A DNA stretch of 64,000 bases from Octopus vulgaris (taxonomy: Eukaryota): positions 86,242,001-86,306,000 of the forward strand of contig OX597816.1 of NCBI GenBank assembly GCA_951406725.2, read 5' to 3'. The translations under genes and the position numbers were made by a program. Shown here piece after piece: positions 12,513 to 25,999 of this stretch (positions are counted from its first letter, which is position 1; each line of letters begins with the position of its first letter). The notes under the pieces were generated by a model, which had not been told where the DNA came from, ran no database searches, and worked only from the letters and a program-made list of their open reading frames with translations.

Positions 12513-12731
12513 ATTATTTTCTACTCTAGGCAACAGGCCCGAAACTTTTGGGGGAGGGGGGGCAGTCGATTAGATCGACACCAGTACGCATCTAGTATTT
12601 AATTTATTGACCGCGAAAGGATGAAAGGCAAAGTCAACCTCGGCGGAATTTGAACTCAGAACAAAAAGACAGATGAAATATCGCTCAGCATTTCGCCCGG
12701 CGTGCTAAGTTTCCAGCCTGCTCGCCGCCTT
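12513..12731 (-). mobile_element. Full-length tRNA-headed SINE family A
   Basis: Minus strand AAGGCGGCGAGCAGGCTGGAAAC... with B-box-like GAGTTCAAATTCC, then GAGGTTGACTTTGCCTTTCATCCTTTCG and a CCTAGAGTAGAAAAT tail; multiple related copies in the window. Confidence 0.8.
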
Positions 12732-14566
12732 TACACATCAAAATATTGATTTTAGTTTACCTTCATACAATAAAATCTATAAAAGGTCGGTATTTCAGCA
12801 ACATTTCAGCAGTATTTTAGTGTTAGTTGGCCCCTTCAGATAGAGATTAATTATTCAGTTTAAAGAATGCTTAAACTGGAAAAGGCTTGTGAACACATGC
12901 AGAGACACACATAAACATACACATTCACAAACACATACACACACACTCACACACGCACACTCTTATATACATACATATATATATACACATACGTTACTTA
13001 AATGTATTATAAAATTATGTTAGTGTAACTTTTGCTCTGGATTGTTGAAATATCTATGAAGATTTTTGTAAGAAATGTAGACGAGTGTACCGAACTGTCT
13101 CTTCTGAGTTATGTTCATAATTCTTCTTCTGATATAGAAATCAGCAAAGAAATCTTTATTGATATGAGAACAAGTTAAGCAGAATAGAATAACATACGTA
13201 TTTGAAACACTACTAGATTAAAATTTCATTGGTTTCAACAACGAAAGATCTTTGCAAAATTTTCTTCTGAAAAAGATATTACATCTGCTGTTGTTCCACG
13301 TAATGTAGAAGTTATAAACTCGTGTATGTTTTTATGATTTTTCAAGTGCGCGAATTTATTTAATTATGGCTTGGTTAGTTTTCGAGAAAACCAAAATCAA
13401 TTTCTTTCGCTGATATCTATGCTGTATGGGTGGAGGCATTATGTTCCGTGTAGTCATTATTGGAGAGAATAAATCAAACTGAAACACCACATGCACTCAT
13501 CTACCAGTTTTCAGGGAGACGTCCTGTTTTTTTTTAACTCCCAAATCCCTTTAAAAGTAGTTTTCTCTGAGATAAAATATTACACTTAGTGTCGCTCTAT
13601 GTGTGTACATACAATATAAATAATATAAATAATATATATATGCCGGTGTTTGAATTTAATGTTCTTTCAACAACCTATGCTAATTATAATCTGGTCTATT
13701 TTCGATAAGAACAGTTAGCAACTTCTATACCGGAATGATCCTTTTCGGTTTATCAAAGAATAACCTGCTTGTTTAGGACTGAGGAGATAAAATAAGCTTG
13801 AAACACCGTGCCTGGCAATCCTTAGTTATGTAAACTGATAATCTGTTTTTAACATGCAATTCTCATATATTCTCTGTTATATTCGATCAATGTTCATATC
13901 AATAACACAGACGCACAGACGCACAGACACACAGACACACTAGTACAGGTATATATTTGAGAGGGTAGAAGAACAAGTGGAATAAATCATACGTTTAAGG
14001 CTGTTCTTCTTCTAAATCTGAATTTGAAGAAATCCCCTGAAACGAAGTTTATCTTGGTGTAGTGTTGAATGGTCTCTGTATCTATTACCACTTCATTAAA
14101 GATAGGCTTTTAGGCTCTCATAATTCATGGTTGGTTATGCATGAACATTTATAGCTTCAACTTACTTTTTACTTTCGAAAGAGGAAAAGGGGGTAAAAAA
14201 TATCCGAAGAAAAGTTTAGTGTGAAAAAGAAAATTTAGTGTGAAAATAGTCATAATTGTATTTTGTATTTTTCTTCTGCAAAAGTAGCACTAATTTGAAA
14301 CATTCTATATACTTTTCACAGTGGCGTTGAAAATGTGCTAAAGCACACGACATGTTGACTCAAAGCACATATTTGAGCTTTAAGCTTACATTCTATCTAT
14401 CAATATCCTGCCTTCATTATATTTCAATGCAAGAACTATTTTACAATTTAGGTAGACCATTTTAGAAATGTCCTCAGTTAGAGTAAATTATGAATAGTTA
14501 CTAGCTTACATTATTTCTTTGGTCAGAAATATGAGAAAAGAAATAAGGATAAATCGATCTGGAACG

Positions 14567-14612
<46 letters not shown>

Positions 14613-15196
14613 TATGATAAAAGGCAGATTTTCTCTGCCTCCCACATAGTTTGTTTTTAATACAATTGTACAATATGGAATTTCTTTAATTGGAATTTAC
14701 GTATGATTTTTCGAAGTAGATTCCATTGGGTCATGTCATATACATTTTTTTCAATTTCACCCTCAATTCAGCAAAAATTCGAGAAAACTCAATATTTTAC
14801 GATTTGCCTCTCTCATTTCAAATGCTTTACTCCTGCTATTACCACACTGTTTCCTACATATCACACATTCTGCTACTTTCTCTTATTAATGCTTAAACCA
14901 ATCCTCAAAAAAAAAAGGAAACAGACATCTGTCGCTAACTTTTGGTAGTATTCATTGGCGAGCGTACTTCAGTTGTCAATTGTTGAAAGAAAGAAAATGT
15001 AAGCTAGAAGGTGTGTGTGTGTGTATGTGCGTGCGTGTGTGTATGTGTGTCTGTGTGTGTGAGTGCGTGCGTGTGTAGGAAGTCACGGATAAAAATATGG
15101 CAAGAAGTGGACAGATGTACATATATACATACATACATCCATACATACATGCATGTGTGTGTGTGTATGTATGTGTATTAGTGTGTGTGTGTGTTA

Positions 15197-15587
15197 TCTC
15201 TCTATATATAAAGCTGAAGTTGTCTGTGTGCGGCAGGTTTGGTAGCCTTCAACTAAAACTATCTCCTCCGAGATCCTGCGGGGCAAGTTGACCAAAATTG
15301 AGAGTATGATAGAAGAATGGTTGCTCTTCCTTCCGTAGAAGATAAAATTCAAATCGGACCATGTTAAGACCAAAATTTATTTACATCAAAAAGGTGCTTT
15401 TGTCTATGAATATCCCTATTTTTTACGATTGTTTCACTGCTGTGTCGCCACTTTTTGATGTATTTCAACCAGAAAAATGTTCACTTGAAGAGAATAACAA
15501 GCTATATAATGCAAAATTTTTACTTTTCAAAAATTCCAATTCCAGCGGGTCGAAACAAACCCGAGCAACGCCGGGCGATACTGCTAG
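15197..15587 (+). mobile_element. Non-autonomous Helitron
   Basis: A|TCTCTCTATATATAAAGCTGAAGTTG ... CCCGAGCAACGCCGGG-CGATACTG-CTAG|T; termini nearly identical to 3454-3965. Confidence 0.85.
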
Positions 15588-16384
15588 TATATATATAATA
15601 TTGTACTAAAGGAAATATACACACCACATACATGCATTACATTAGAAGAAATATATGTATATATATTTCTTCTAATGTATTGGTATAAGAACACGTAGTG
15701 CTTATAGTTTGCTTGAGGTCTTTGTATCATATACCGTGTAGTCTTTATGTATATATCGTCAAGATTGCCGCACAATTCTTAGAGAAAATATCTTGAAAAT
15801 ATCTAAGATATGTTTTGGAATCTTTTCACATTTTCTCTTCCCCAGACAAATTTGTGTTAAACAATCCGTCAGTGTAACATATGATCGCAGCAAAGCTATG
15901 CGTTTATGCAATAATATCTCCCCTGGGGTTGTCACATCCTACCTTATCTAACTTCTAAATCAACAATCTTTTCCAATTTACCAGAATACACCTTGTGCAA
16001 CTTGAAGACTAGATTTAGTTAATTTTATACTTTTAGTAAGAATCTTGTAGAAACACTCCATATTGGAAATACCCAAATGTTTTAAATAATATATGATTCT
16101 ATTACACATGCTTACATCATAATGAGATATATATTCAAATATTCAATTTGTTACTTTTGTTTCTATATAATAAAAGTTATTATACCTGCGTGAAAAGAAA
16201 TGAAAACTTTTGGAGTAAATACTTTCTGAAATATAAGTAAACATAAGCATGTGTTGGTTTCCGTTGAGAATTTCATTATTCCACAGCATGGATCCGACTT
16301 CGATCCTGTTACACAGTAGCTTTGCTTGGCGTCGTCCATCATACCGTCCGTTGTTCTATTTCAAAGGCATTTATAAATAATCTT

Positions 16385-16561
16385 CCCTTATTTTGGCACA
16401 ATCCAAGAAAAATACGAGGGTGGGATTGTCGATTACATCGACACTAGTGCTTAACAGGCACTTATTTTATTTGACCACGAAAATATGAAAGACAAATTTG
16501 GAAGAATTGCTGCTAAGCATTTTTGCCTGACGCAGTAACGACTCTACCAGCTCACCGCATT
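16385..16561 (-). mobile_element. Internally deleted SINE family A copy
   Basis: GTCGATTACATCGACACTAGTG and TAACGACTCTACCAGCTCACCGC match family A body and head. Confidence 0.6.
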
Positions 16562-17878
16562 AAAGAGATCTATAAATAATAACTTCTGATTTATTTGTTA
16601 GAATGTTACGAAGGTTTGTACAATATGGCATATTCCCTCTAATATTTAACAGGTTTTGACAAACGAAGTTAATACGATAGAATTAGCTATCTCCCAACTC
16701 ACGTTTGCATTTATCAAAGTAGGAATAACATCATGTGGAAGCTGTTGATTATAGTTATGTACAATAACTGAAATGCATAATAAGAAGCAAAGCAATTGCA
16801 ATAAAGAACAGGTCTTGAAATTTCAGTGAAATGCAAATATGTTTACTGATGTAATTTATTGCTGCTGTTACTATATTTATCGCCACAATATTTAGACGTT
16901 AAATCGGCATTAACCAGTAAACATGTACTCTGTAAAAGCTGAGAAATCTACTCCTCGGGCAGCAAAAGAAGCATTTTATTCTCTTGTAAACCTATTACGG
17001 CATATTCATTGCAAATTGAAACTACTTACTTTATTCATATTGTTCCAAGCAGTAAAACAGTTACTCGTGATGTTTATATGTCACATATACTATTTTCCTC
17101 TGGAATATTTCTTGAAAGAAAACAAGTGTGACGTTAAAACTATTGTGAAAATATTCCATATAGGGAATTCAGGAAAGACTCATCATAATGATGATAAGGA
17201 CTAATTTGCCAGGAACCGTATTTATCCCGAAGTCATTGAAATCCAAATAGTATACAATACATTTACTGAGTTTCCAAAATTTGAAATGAAATTCTTTCTC
17301 AGAATAAAAATTTCTAGTTTAACTATGTCAGAAGATTGGGATGAAACAAGCTAAATTTCTGTGCTTTCCCAGATTAAACTCCACCATCTATAGAATTTTT
17401 TTGACTGAAAATCGAGAGATGCAAATTTAACTTTTCTAATCCGTTTTCAGCGGAAAATCAATTTTCTGTGGAAAAACGATTTTTAGTGCAAAAACGATTT
17501 TTAGTGGGAAAATGAAACGAGTAACTGACTAGTTTGATTTCATTGTACCTATTAGAATAAAATGCTGGATTTCACTGAGAATCTCCTGCTCTTTAAAGTT
17601 TCCTGCAGTTTTGTTTACCAAAATAGATATTTGGAAAATGCGCCCCGAGAACCTCATTGTCAAATTCGTTCACTGAATATACATGCACTACTAGTAACAT
17701 TTACATAAAATGACATATTTAGTTCTCAAATACCAAGTACTAAAATAATATAGGGCTTCCTCATTTTGAAGGTAAGGCCATTTTATACCATCAGATGCTT
17801 CCCTCAACCTTAATGCCTTCATTTTGAAGTTTGATCATAAATTAATTATTAGCTTCTGCAGAGATGATGATAACGGTG

Positions 17879-17912
<34 letters not shown>

Positions 17913-17915
<3 letters not shown>

Positions 17916-18512
17916 TATGTTTGACTTTTGCTTTATGTCTGTACAAGTTGGCTCCAAGTCTCACCCAGAGACCTCAACAGGTTGGAAATTCACGTTATTG
18001 TTATGCCTAGTGTGCCATATATTTGGGGTTTTTTTTGGTGTTGTACTAGTGAATGTCTAATAAATAAATTTTTAAAAAAAGTTTGTTTTAAACCTTGGGA
18101 TTACATAGAAAGTATTTTGCGTAGGATATGAGCAGTTCCCATGAGCACTATCTTTTGAATTTCTGCCATTTTTGGGTTTCCTGGTGTCTGAGTTAGGTAG
18201 CAATCAGCCCCTTTTGCTATCATTCCCAGGGCACCTATGACAACAGGTATTGTTTTAGTCTTCAGGTTCCACATTTTACTGATTTCTATTTCAAGATCTT
18301 TATATTTGCTCAGTTTTTGGTAGGTCTTGACAGATACGTTTATATCGATTGGGACAGTCATTTCAATGAGAAGGCATGTTCTTTGTTTGAAGTCTTTCAA
18401 TATGATGTCTTGCCTATTTGCATCTATCTTTCTGTCAGTTTGAATGGTGAAGTTCCAGAGGAGTGAGATGTGGTCATTTTCAAGCACTGGAGGTGGATCG
18501 TGTTCCCACCAG
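17913..18512 (-). mobile_element. 5'-truncated R4/Dong-like non-LTR retrotransposon (RLE domain + 3' UTR) in (TAA)n
   Basis: ORF 18101-18487: LLWNFTIQTDRKIDANRQDIILKD...LLIEMTVP...KLSKYKDLEIEI..MWNLKTKTIPVVIGALG (PD-(D/E)xK restriction-like endonuclease); (TAT)n on both sides. Confidence 0.9.
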
Positions 18513-18533
18513 TTTTTTTTTTTTTTTGGCTCA

Positions 18534-18612
<79 letters not shown>

Positions 18613-19570
18613 TCCATAGTGTTAAAATTTTGCAATCCCTAATTCAATAGATCTTATGCGTGAACAAACGAAGCCATTTCATCCTTATAGTAATACATAA
18701 CGTGGAGGTTATTCTGCCAGAAAGCAATAGGTATTTGCACCAACTTCCTCTAAAATTATATTTTATCTTTCATCAGATTACTTAATATATATGTGTAATA
18801 ATAATAATATCAGTTTTACTACTAACGTAATGTATAAAGACCGTAATGCCGGTTTCCCTGTGGCAACTGTATAGACAAAGTCTTTGACATGATGCGAACT
18901 GTAAATGCTTCAATTTTCTGGTGTGTACTTTGGTATCAATTCTACTCAGCGTGATACGTGATAGAACATGTATCATAAAACTAAAATTTAATGAAATGGA
19001 ACAGTATGTAAACTCAAAGAAAAGAATTATTACAATGATGAGCAGACTAGAACTAAGTTAGCTAACATGCAAACTCAATGACAATGGTTGTATATAACAT
19101 TATCACATGTCATAATCATGTTTTCCAATGGACGAATACTTTTCAAATACCTCAGGATGAAAGGGATGAGCAGTTTTATTGATTGAAATTAAGCAAACCT
19201 TTAAGTTATGTCAACAGATAATGCCATCTTAATGTAGTTTCATTATATACGTTCCAAAGAAAATATTTTTCGCAGTGCCAACGTACTTTTCTTATTGATA
19301 TGAAAGGTTTTTTAAAGTTGGGCAAGTGTTTGGCATAATGCCAAAATCGATACCAGTGGTGTTCGTATGAAAGCAATGTCAGTGGTTTAACAACCCCTTC
19401 TTAAGATAGTCAAATTAGTGTATTCACTTTTTCATTCCATTCTCTGCACCAAAAATTTTATGTCTTTAATTTTTCCCGCAAATTACGAAACTGGTAAGAT
19501 ATTATCTCAGCAGATCATATAAAGGAAACTTTTATGAGTATTGCAAGACTAACAATATTTGAACCAAATA

Positions 19571-19970
19571 TTTTACTCTTCCACTCTACGCACAAGGCTC
19601 GAAATTTGAGGGGAGGGGGACCAGTCGATTAGATCGACCCCAGTGCGTAACAGGTACCTAATTTATCGATCCCGAAAAGATGAAAGGTAAAGCCGACCTC
19701 GGCGGATTTGAACTCAGAACGTAACAGCATATGAAATACCTATTTCTTTACTGCCCACAAGTGGCTAAACATAGAGAGGACAAACAAGGACAGACAAATG
19801 GATTAAGTCGATTATATCGACCCCCAGTGCGTAACTGGTACTTACTTAATCGACCCCGAAAGGATGAAAAGCAAAGTCGACCTCGGCGGAATTTGAACTC
19901 AGAAGGAAACTGTAGACGAAATACCAATTTCTTTATTGCCCACAGGGGGCCAAACATAGAAATGGACAAA
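19571..19970 (-). mobile_element. Tandem SINE family A array (~185-bp unit)
   Basis: GTCGATT..ATCGACCCCAGTGCGTAAC...GACCTCGGCGGA(A)TTTGAACTCAGAA...GAAATACC.ATTTCTTTA.TGCCCACA occurs twice in register. Confidence 0.8.
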
Positions 19971-20099
19971 GCAACTGATTGGAATTAGTAATGCGTTATG
20001 ATTTTACATGAAATATGAATATAAAAATTATATATAATATTTAAAATATCGAATGAAATTAACAATAGAGAGACAACACAAATATAGCGATGATCAGAC

Positions 20100-21630
20100 C
20101 ACGCTCCGACCCCACAAGGCCCGATCTATCACTGGTACCTTTTTGGTTCTTCTTTTATAACCTATTCACACGGTCCCTTGAATGCACAGCACTCGTGCAA
20201 CATACTTCCATCACTTATTGAACATGCTCTCCGACAGGCACCTCTTCTGCAGCAGCACCTTCCTTTTCAAATGAAAAGTAAAAAATGATCGTAAATCGTG
20301 GCCGGAGGTAAAGTTGCCTGCCTTAATTCCTTTTATCCTAGTCTTCTATACTGTCTCTTTCGCTATTGCTATAACCGTGAGAAAACAATTCTTACCTACC
20401 TTCGTTTGTTAAAACTTCTGGTACGTCAATTTTTATAATTGACTCAGTCGACAGCCGTACTCTTCCTTCGCTGGACAACAGGTGTTCAGCATAAACCCAC
20501 ATTTCAGATATCTCCGGACACTGGACAATAGCGTGAAGGATGGTTTCCCTGTCTGCCCCGCATCTTTGACAGGTCGGTGATTGACGCTTACCATATCTTG
20601 CGAGCTTATCTCAAACGGGCAAGGCACCTCTGTAACATTGCCACGTCAAGGACTTTTGGAAGTTGTCCAACGTTTTCAACCCGAATGTACGATGGAACAG
20701 GCTGACCAGTTGAATATAAGGGCGATGCTCCATCATGGCCACAGTCACTGGACTGAAACATATAAAAGAATAAAATAATACCCGAGACCTAGAGTCGCCC
20801 CAGGTCATCGTCAGATTCAGACTCTATCAAACCACTATATAAAATTCGCCTCGGAATAGCAGGAGGGCTTTACGGCACTCTTTATGCCACTCACTCGACA
20901 TCGTTATACATAAACACCAAGCTACCTGTTTTTTTTTTTAACTCGGCGAACACCGGTTTACCATCCAGGAGAATCCAGAGATAACTCAACCTCAACGCGT
21001 GCATGCACATCATTAACCAAGGCATCCCTAAACCTCCCTCTAATGGCTTTTGACAACAGACAGAGCGTTTCACAGGTGGTGACCTGCCCTTTCACAAAAA
21101 CGGAAGAGCTGTCTCTCCAACGTGATCAATCACGAATCCAGACAGGGCACAACGGTCAAGCGGTAGGTAATGACCGATGCGATTAACACATTGGCCACCC
21201 CTTCCCGTCTCTATCAGGGATAGCCAACTAATTCAGTCACCCTGCTCGAAACCTCCGTCCAGTTCTTCTCTGTCAAGAGGTCTGGTCCAAACCGGACTCC
21301 CAGCAAGTAAACCGGTCCCTCTGTCCAGCGCCCAACAACGCTGTCTGAAGGCATCGACTTGCCAACCCAGGTGCCGAGCTGCAAGCCGACCGACTTTTCC
21401 TGGTTAAGCTTTCCTCCTGCCACCGTCTCGTAAACCTCTATAGCCTAAGGCATTTAACGTAGGCGTGCTACTGTGGTTACACTGATAGTGATATCGTTCG
21501 CGTAAGCTGTGACAAACTCCTCTAAATCTGGTTCTCTCTAGATGCCACTCAACCTTCGAAGTAGAGTCTCAAAAGCCACCACATAGAAAAGTGGTGAGAG
21601 CGGACATCATTAACGAACCGAGCACCTGAT
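20100..21630 (-). mobile_element. Decayed L1/Tx1-clade LINE (RT + C-terminal zinc knuckle)
   Basis: Minus-strand peptides SVR**CPLSPLFYVVAFETLLRR, TAYANDITI (YADD-like), AGGKLNQEKS, YLLGVRFG, EGGLGMP, and CQRCGADRETILHAIVQC (CCHC knuckle). Confidence 0.85.
20690..20780 (+). mobile_element. SINE family B 3' tail inserted in the L1/Tx1 relic
   Basis: GGCGATGCTCCATCATGGCCACAGTCACTGGACTGAAACATATAAAAGAATAAAATAA matches 40513-40563. Confidence 0.7.
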
Positions 21631-23949
21631 GCAGAATAGTTTATAAACAGTTATGAGTATTTATGAGACGGTTTAATGGAGGATACACTCTCCAAACAAT
21701 ATCTGCACACTTATGCTAATGTTAGAAGATAGATATATTCTGGAGACATTTCATATGATGTTGTGTGTATGACTCATTAGTGTCAATTTAGAGCTTGTTA
21801 GATTGATGTTTTGAGGAATTTGATATTTTGACAATAAAACTAGAGGAAAAGAAACAAAATCAAATGAAGAAATATTTAAGCAACTTGTAAGAAGGCTTCG
21901 ACAACAGCTTTAATGCTCATTTACGCATGAGCTTCAATAACATAATTCCTTCGCAGCTGGAAACGAAATCAGAGGAACAGTTTCTGCATGGTGCTTCAGT
22001 GAGAGGATGCAAAAACCAAACGTAGATTAACTATCTTAAACATAAAAAATTGTATTGTTAACATGCTGAAGTCAAATTTATAATCAAGAAATTTACGATC
22101 ATGATCATTCAAAATATTGGCTCAGATATGCAGTATATGGATGTACGGCGAAATTGAAAGATAATATATACATTTGTATTTGTACTTGGCGAACTTAATG
22201 TTGCTAAAATGTAAACAGTCTATGTCGGTTTCTGTCTATCATATATTCTCTTTCAACTTGACACTCATAAATACGTATCTTATTTAGTTACATCACATTT
22301 AATTGTCATTATACAAGTCATAGAACATCTATGTAACTTTTTTTATTAATATTATGAATAGTATTTTACCATAATAACCGTTAAATATATTGTCAAAGCG
22401 ACCGTACACTTGTTAATGATAGGCGCAACTTCACTTTCAGTATTATTCACACGACAACTAAAGAGTAGAATATAATGCAGTATAAATTAATTGAGGAGCA
22501 TGTGTAAAGCAAGATCTTCCCAGATTCAAAGGGTACGTTAATTGTCCAATTGTGCGAAGAGCAATATGTCCGGTTTGATGTTCGACAAACGCTAGTAGAC
22601 TTTAAAGCCATGCTCAAGTCACGCTGTGAATCTCAGCAGAAAAGTCATTGTATTTTTAAAAGCTGACAATCAACATAATATGCAATTTCTGTTGTATCTT
22701 TGTGCTTGAAGATCCTGATATCTTGTTTCAATAATTTGCTGTTCCATATCAAACGGCATATGCCTGCATTAGGTTGGTAGATATCTGCTGCAAATTACGA
22801 CTAACTGGGAAGATATATTACCTTCTTAGCCAAGAAAAAATGGGGTCGCTGAGGAAAGTTGCATCAGCGAAAAATTTGACTAAGCTATTATATATAAGTC
22901 TGGTGTTTGTGACATGTTCGCTTTCTACAAGTTCTAATGCTATACAACACGAGAGGTTTCATAAAAATGTTGGAATCATTCGTAAATTTTATCTACTCCG
23001 ATCAAGCTAATGAAGTTTATGCAGTTAACCATTGATGACTGCCGGATACAGTCCATTCAGCGCGTATTCAGTAGTTTGATTACTTCAATACTGAGTGGCA
23101 ATCTCTCAGCGCTGTTGCACGTAGCTGTCTCGGTAGATGATCTTGAACCGAAAGCTCGATCTGCCAAGTGAATCTTATATGTTAGTTCGTTATAGCACCT
23201 TGACTATTACTGCAGAAGCTATAGATAGTGAGTTACATCTCACTGAAAGCAAGGTCGAAAGATACGTAGAGTTATACGGCAGCACTAAAGTAGTGTTGTT
23301 GGTACACATACTGAGATGATGCACATACTTAGGAAAGTGATCTGGGAACAGAAATGAGTATTAAGGAATTCTTTGATTTTGCAACTTATCATCTAGAGGG
23401 AGACATCTATGCTGGCCTCTAAGAGTCGTTAGGATACTTTCCTTTGATGCAGTCATACATCCAAGTGGATAAGAACTGCGCAAATGTTACACACTGCATA
23501 TCTAATTTCATTGGGAAATAGAATGAGACAGATGAATGCGTGAGAGATCGGGTTGGGACAATAGATATATATGTTGCCCTCATAATTTTATATACGCTCT
23601 TCATGGTTTAACTCAATGTTCATAATATTGTTAACCCAGAGCATATTTACTTCTGCTTTCCCTGTAAAAGAATGGCTTTCTGCTAATCAGAAGTTTCAAT
23701 TCACTCCAGTGCCATTTGCACAGCGGCTGAGTATGTCGTGAATGAAGATGCTGGAACTTTCACTAGGTTTGGACTAGGATAAGATTCATAGAATGTGAGA
23801 ATCTGATTTTTTGCCGAGGAACTTTATCCTTGGTGGGATTTCAACTCAGAACGTAAATATTCGGAAGAGATATGGAGAGACATATCCTTCAATACTATGA
23901 CGATTCTTTCAATCCACCGCACATCAAAATATAGGTTTTATAAAAGGAA

Positions 23950-24640
23950 ACATTCATTTCACAATAACGTTTCATTGCATAAATATACATACATTTTTCA
24001 ACAGGATCTCCTCGATTTTCGATGCACTTCTTCCAGTGGTCCATAAGCTCGTTTATTCCATCGGAGAAGAGAGTTTTCAGTTACCAGCGCTGCCATTTAT
24101 GTACCATTCCTGCACTTTTTCCTTCGTAGCAAACAGATCTTGTAACTGATGTCTGGTGTGAGGCGAGATCTTGACTGTATACAGCGTGACCCAGGAACTC
24201 AGAATCCACATTTTTAATGATTACCACAACGCAGACGGTCGCATATTAACGTGCATTTTTGAGCAACAATAATATTTGATTGACAACATACCTCATTGTC
24301 CGGCTAATTGAAAACATCTCGACCCCCACATACACATTTCTACGCGGTAGAGCGTTGTCCCTGTAATGTACTTAAAGTCTGCGATGTTCCGATTTCCCTG
24401 GTCTAACAGTGTATCACTGACACACCTATGAGCCAGAGAAATCAGAATATTTATTTTTTGTTTTCCGTGGTCACGATGCCGCTGAGAGGCAGTGCATACT
24501 TTGTAACACCCCCCCACCAAGAATACGAGGGCGATCAAGCTCAAAACCCGGTTAGATAACCACAAGAGTACCACCTTATAGCAAGCGAGCGCTGAAGGTA
24601 ACCTAAAGAAAACTTCGGAGAAATTTCCGATACGCTATGC
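23950..24640 (-). mobile_element. Internally deleted mariner relic
   Basis: Minus strand N-terminal EHRRL*VHYRDNALPRRNVY and C-terminal KTLFSDGINELMDHWKKCIENRGD (cf. FFSDGI.KL..RW.KCIE..GD); catalytic core missing; ends unclear. Confidence 0.6.
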
Positions 24641-25042
24641 CTTGCCGTTGAATTAATGAATGCTATATCTGAAGGCGACCCTGTGTAATCGCAAGCGCTA
24701 ATATGAGTGGATGTATGTTTTTAGGCATACATAGAAGCCTGCTTCTATATAACTTTATGCATATAATGAATGACTGCGTGTATGTGTGGGACTGTTTATG
24801 TAGGTATAAATATATATGCATGTATGTGTGTGTGCACGTGTGTAAATGTAAGATCCAGGAATCGAAGTGTAGAAAGGAAGTTAGCTTCGAGCAATCCGTT
24901 GTGAATATTAAAAAGAATCTTTCAGGAACACTTGTGGTTTATTGACACTGAAGGTTGCGGATTTTTTCTTTTATCGAAGAACGATGAGATGAGAAAAAAA
25001 TTATTTCCATATTTCTCAGTAGGTAACCAATACAAAAACGAA

Positions 25043-25277
25043 TACAAGAGTTGCGTAATGGAGTGCGGGAAATCCGGGCTACACGTTTCTTAGCGGGAGC
25101 CTCAGAAGTGAAAAAAATTCAAGTGATGAGTATACCGCTGGCTACTCTTCAAGATATGCTTCACCTGAAGAATAACCGGCGGTTTACACCTCATTGGATT
25201 TTATCACTTCCGAGATTCCGCTAGCTATGAAACTTATGTAGCCCGGAATTTCCATACCCCATTCCGTAAATCTTGCA
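25043..25277. mobile_element. Fold-back MITE
   Basis: Whole ~235 bp is an imperfect palindrome: TACAAGAGTTGCGTAATGGAGTGCGGGAAATCCGGGCTACA... mirrors ...TGTAGCCCGGAATTTCCATACCCCATTCCGTAAATCTTGCA; complementarity continues to a centre near 25160. Confidence 0.75.
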
Positions 25278-25520
25278 TATATATATATACAGACGGTTGA
25301 TTTCTGTAGTTATTAACAGTGTATTCTGGCGATTTAAATAAGAGTTTTGACAGTTATTTCCAGCAGGTAGACATAGTAAGTCCTTTGATTAAGTTTAACG
25401 TTTTGGGGGGCCTGCAATTGCCTACATTATCGATTCTGTTATTATCATTTTTAATTGTTACACTAGATAATAATAGAGTCAATATCTCCGGAAATATTTT
25501 TCTCCTGAATTATTTGCTTC

Positions 25521-25576
<56 letters not shown>

Positions 25577-25579
<3 letters not shown>

Positions 25580-25855
25580 GGTGGGAAGACACCCTTCGGT
25601 CCTGAATGACCATGAGATTGCACCTAGAAAGTTACTCTCCGAGGTACAAGTCCGGACAAGGTTGTCTATGGAAGGCCAGTAGTCGCCCATGCATACCAGC
25701 CTCCACTCTCCACAGCACTGATGTTATCCAAGGGAAAGGCAGTGGCCGATACAGCTTGGCACCAGTGATGTCGTAACTCATTTCTACAGCTGAGTTAACT
25801 GGAGCAACGTAAAATACAGTATCTAGCTGAAGAACACAACATGCAGCCCGGTCTG
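25577..25855 (-). mobile_element. SINE family C body and tail, between (TA)n arrays
   Basis: Minus strand GTTGTGTTCTTCAGCTAGATACTG...CGTTGCTCCAGTTAACTCAGCTGTAGAAATGAG central domain and GGTCATTCAGGACCGAAGGG tail; a related head lies at 61290-61400. Confidence 0.65.
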
Positions 25856-25865
25856 CATATATATG

Positions 25866-25899
<34 letters not shown>

Positions 25900-25926
25900 C
25901 CTCTGTGTGTGTGTGTGTATGCATAA

Positions 25927-25999
<73 letters not shown>

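Noticed and set aside
19571-19970. Repeat-spacer appearance resembling a CRISPR array
   Set aside because: Whole units repeat including the apparent spacers; SINE-derived; eukaryotic context with no cas genes.
23050-23650. Possible RTE-type LINE remnant on the minus strand (also a GRPKKTW string near 50330)
   Set aside because: Only isolated short motifs; too degraded to call without a search.
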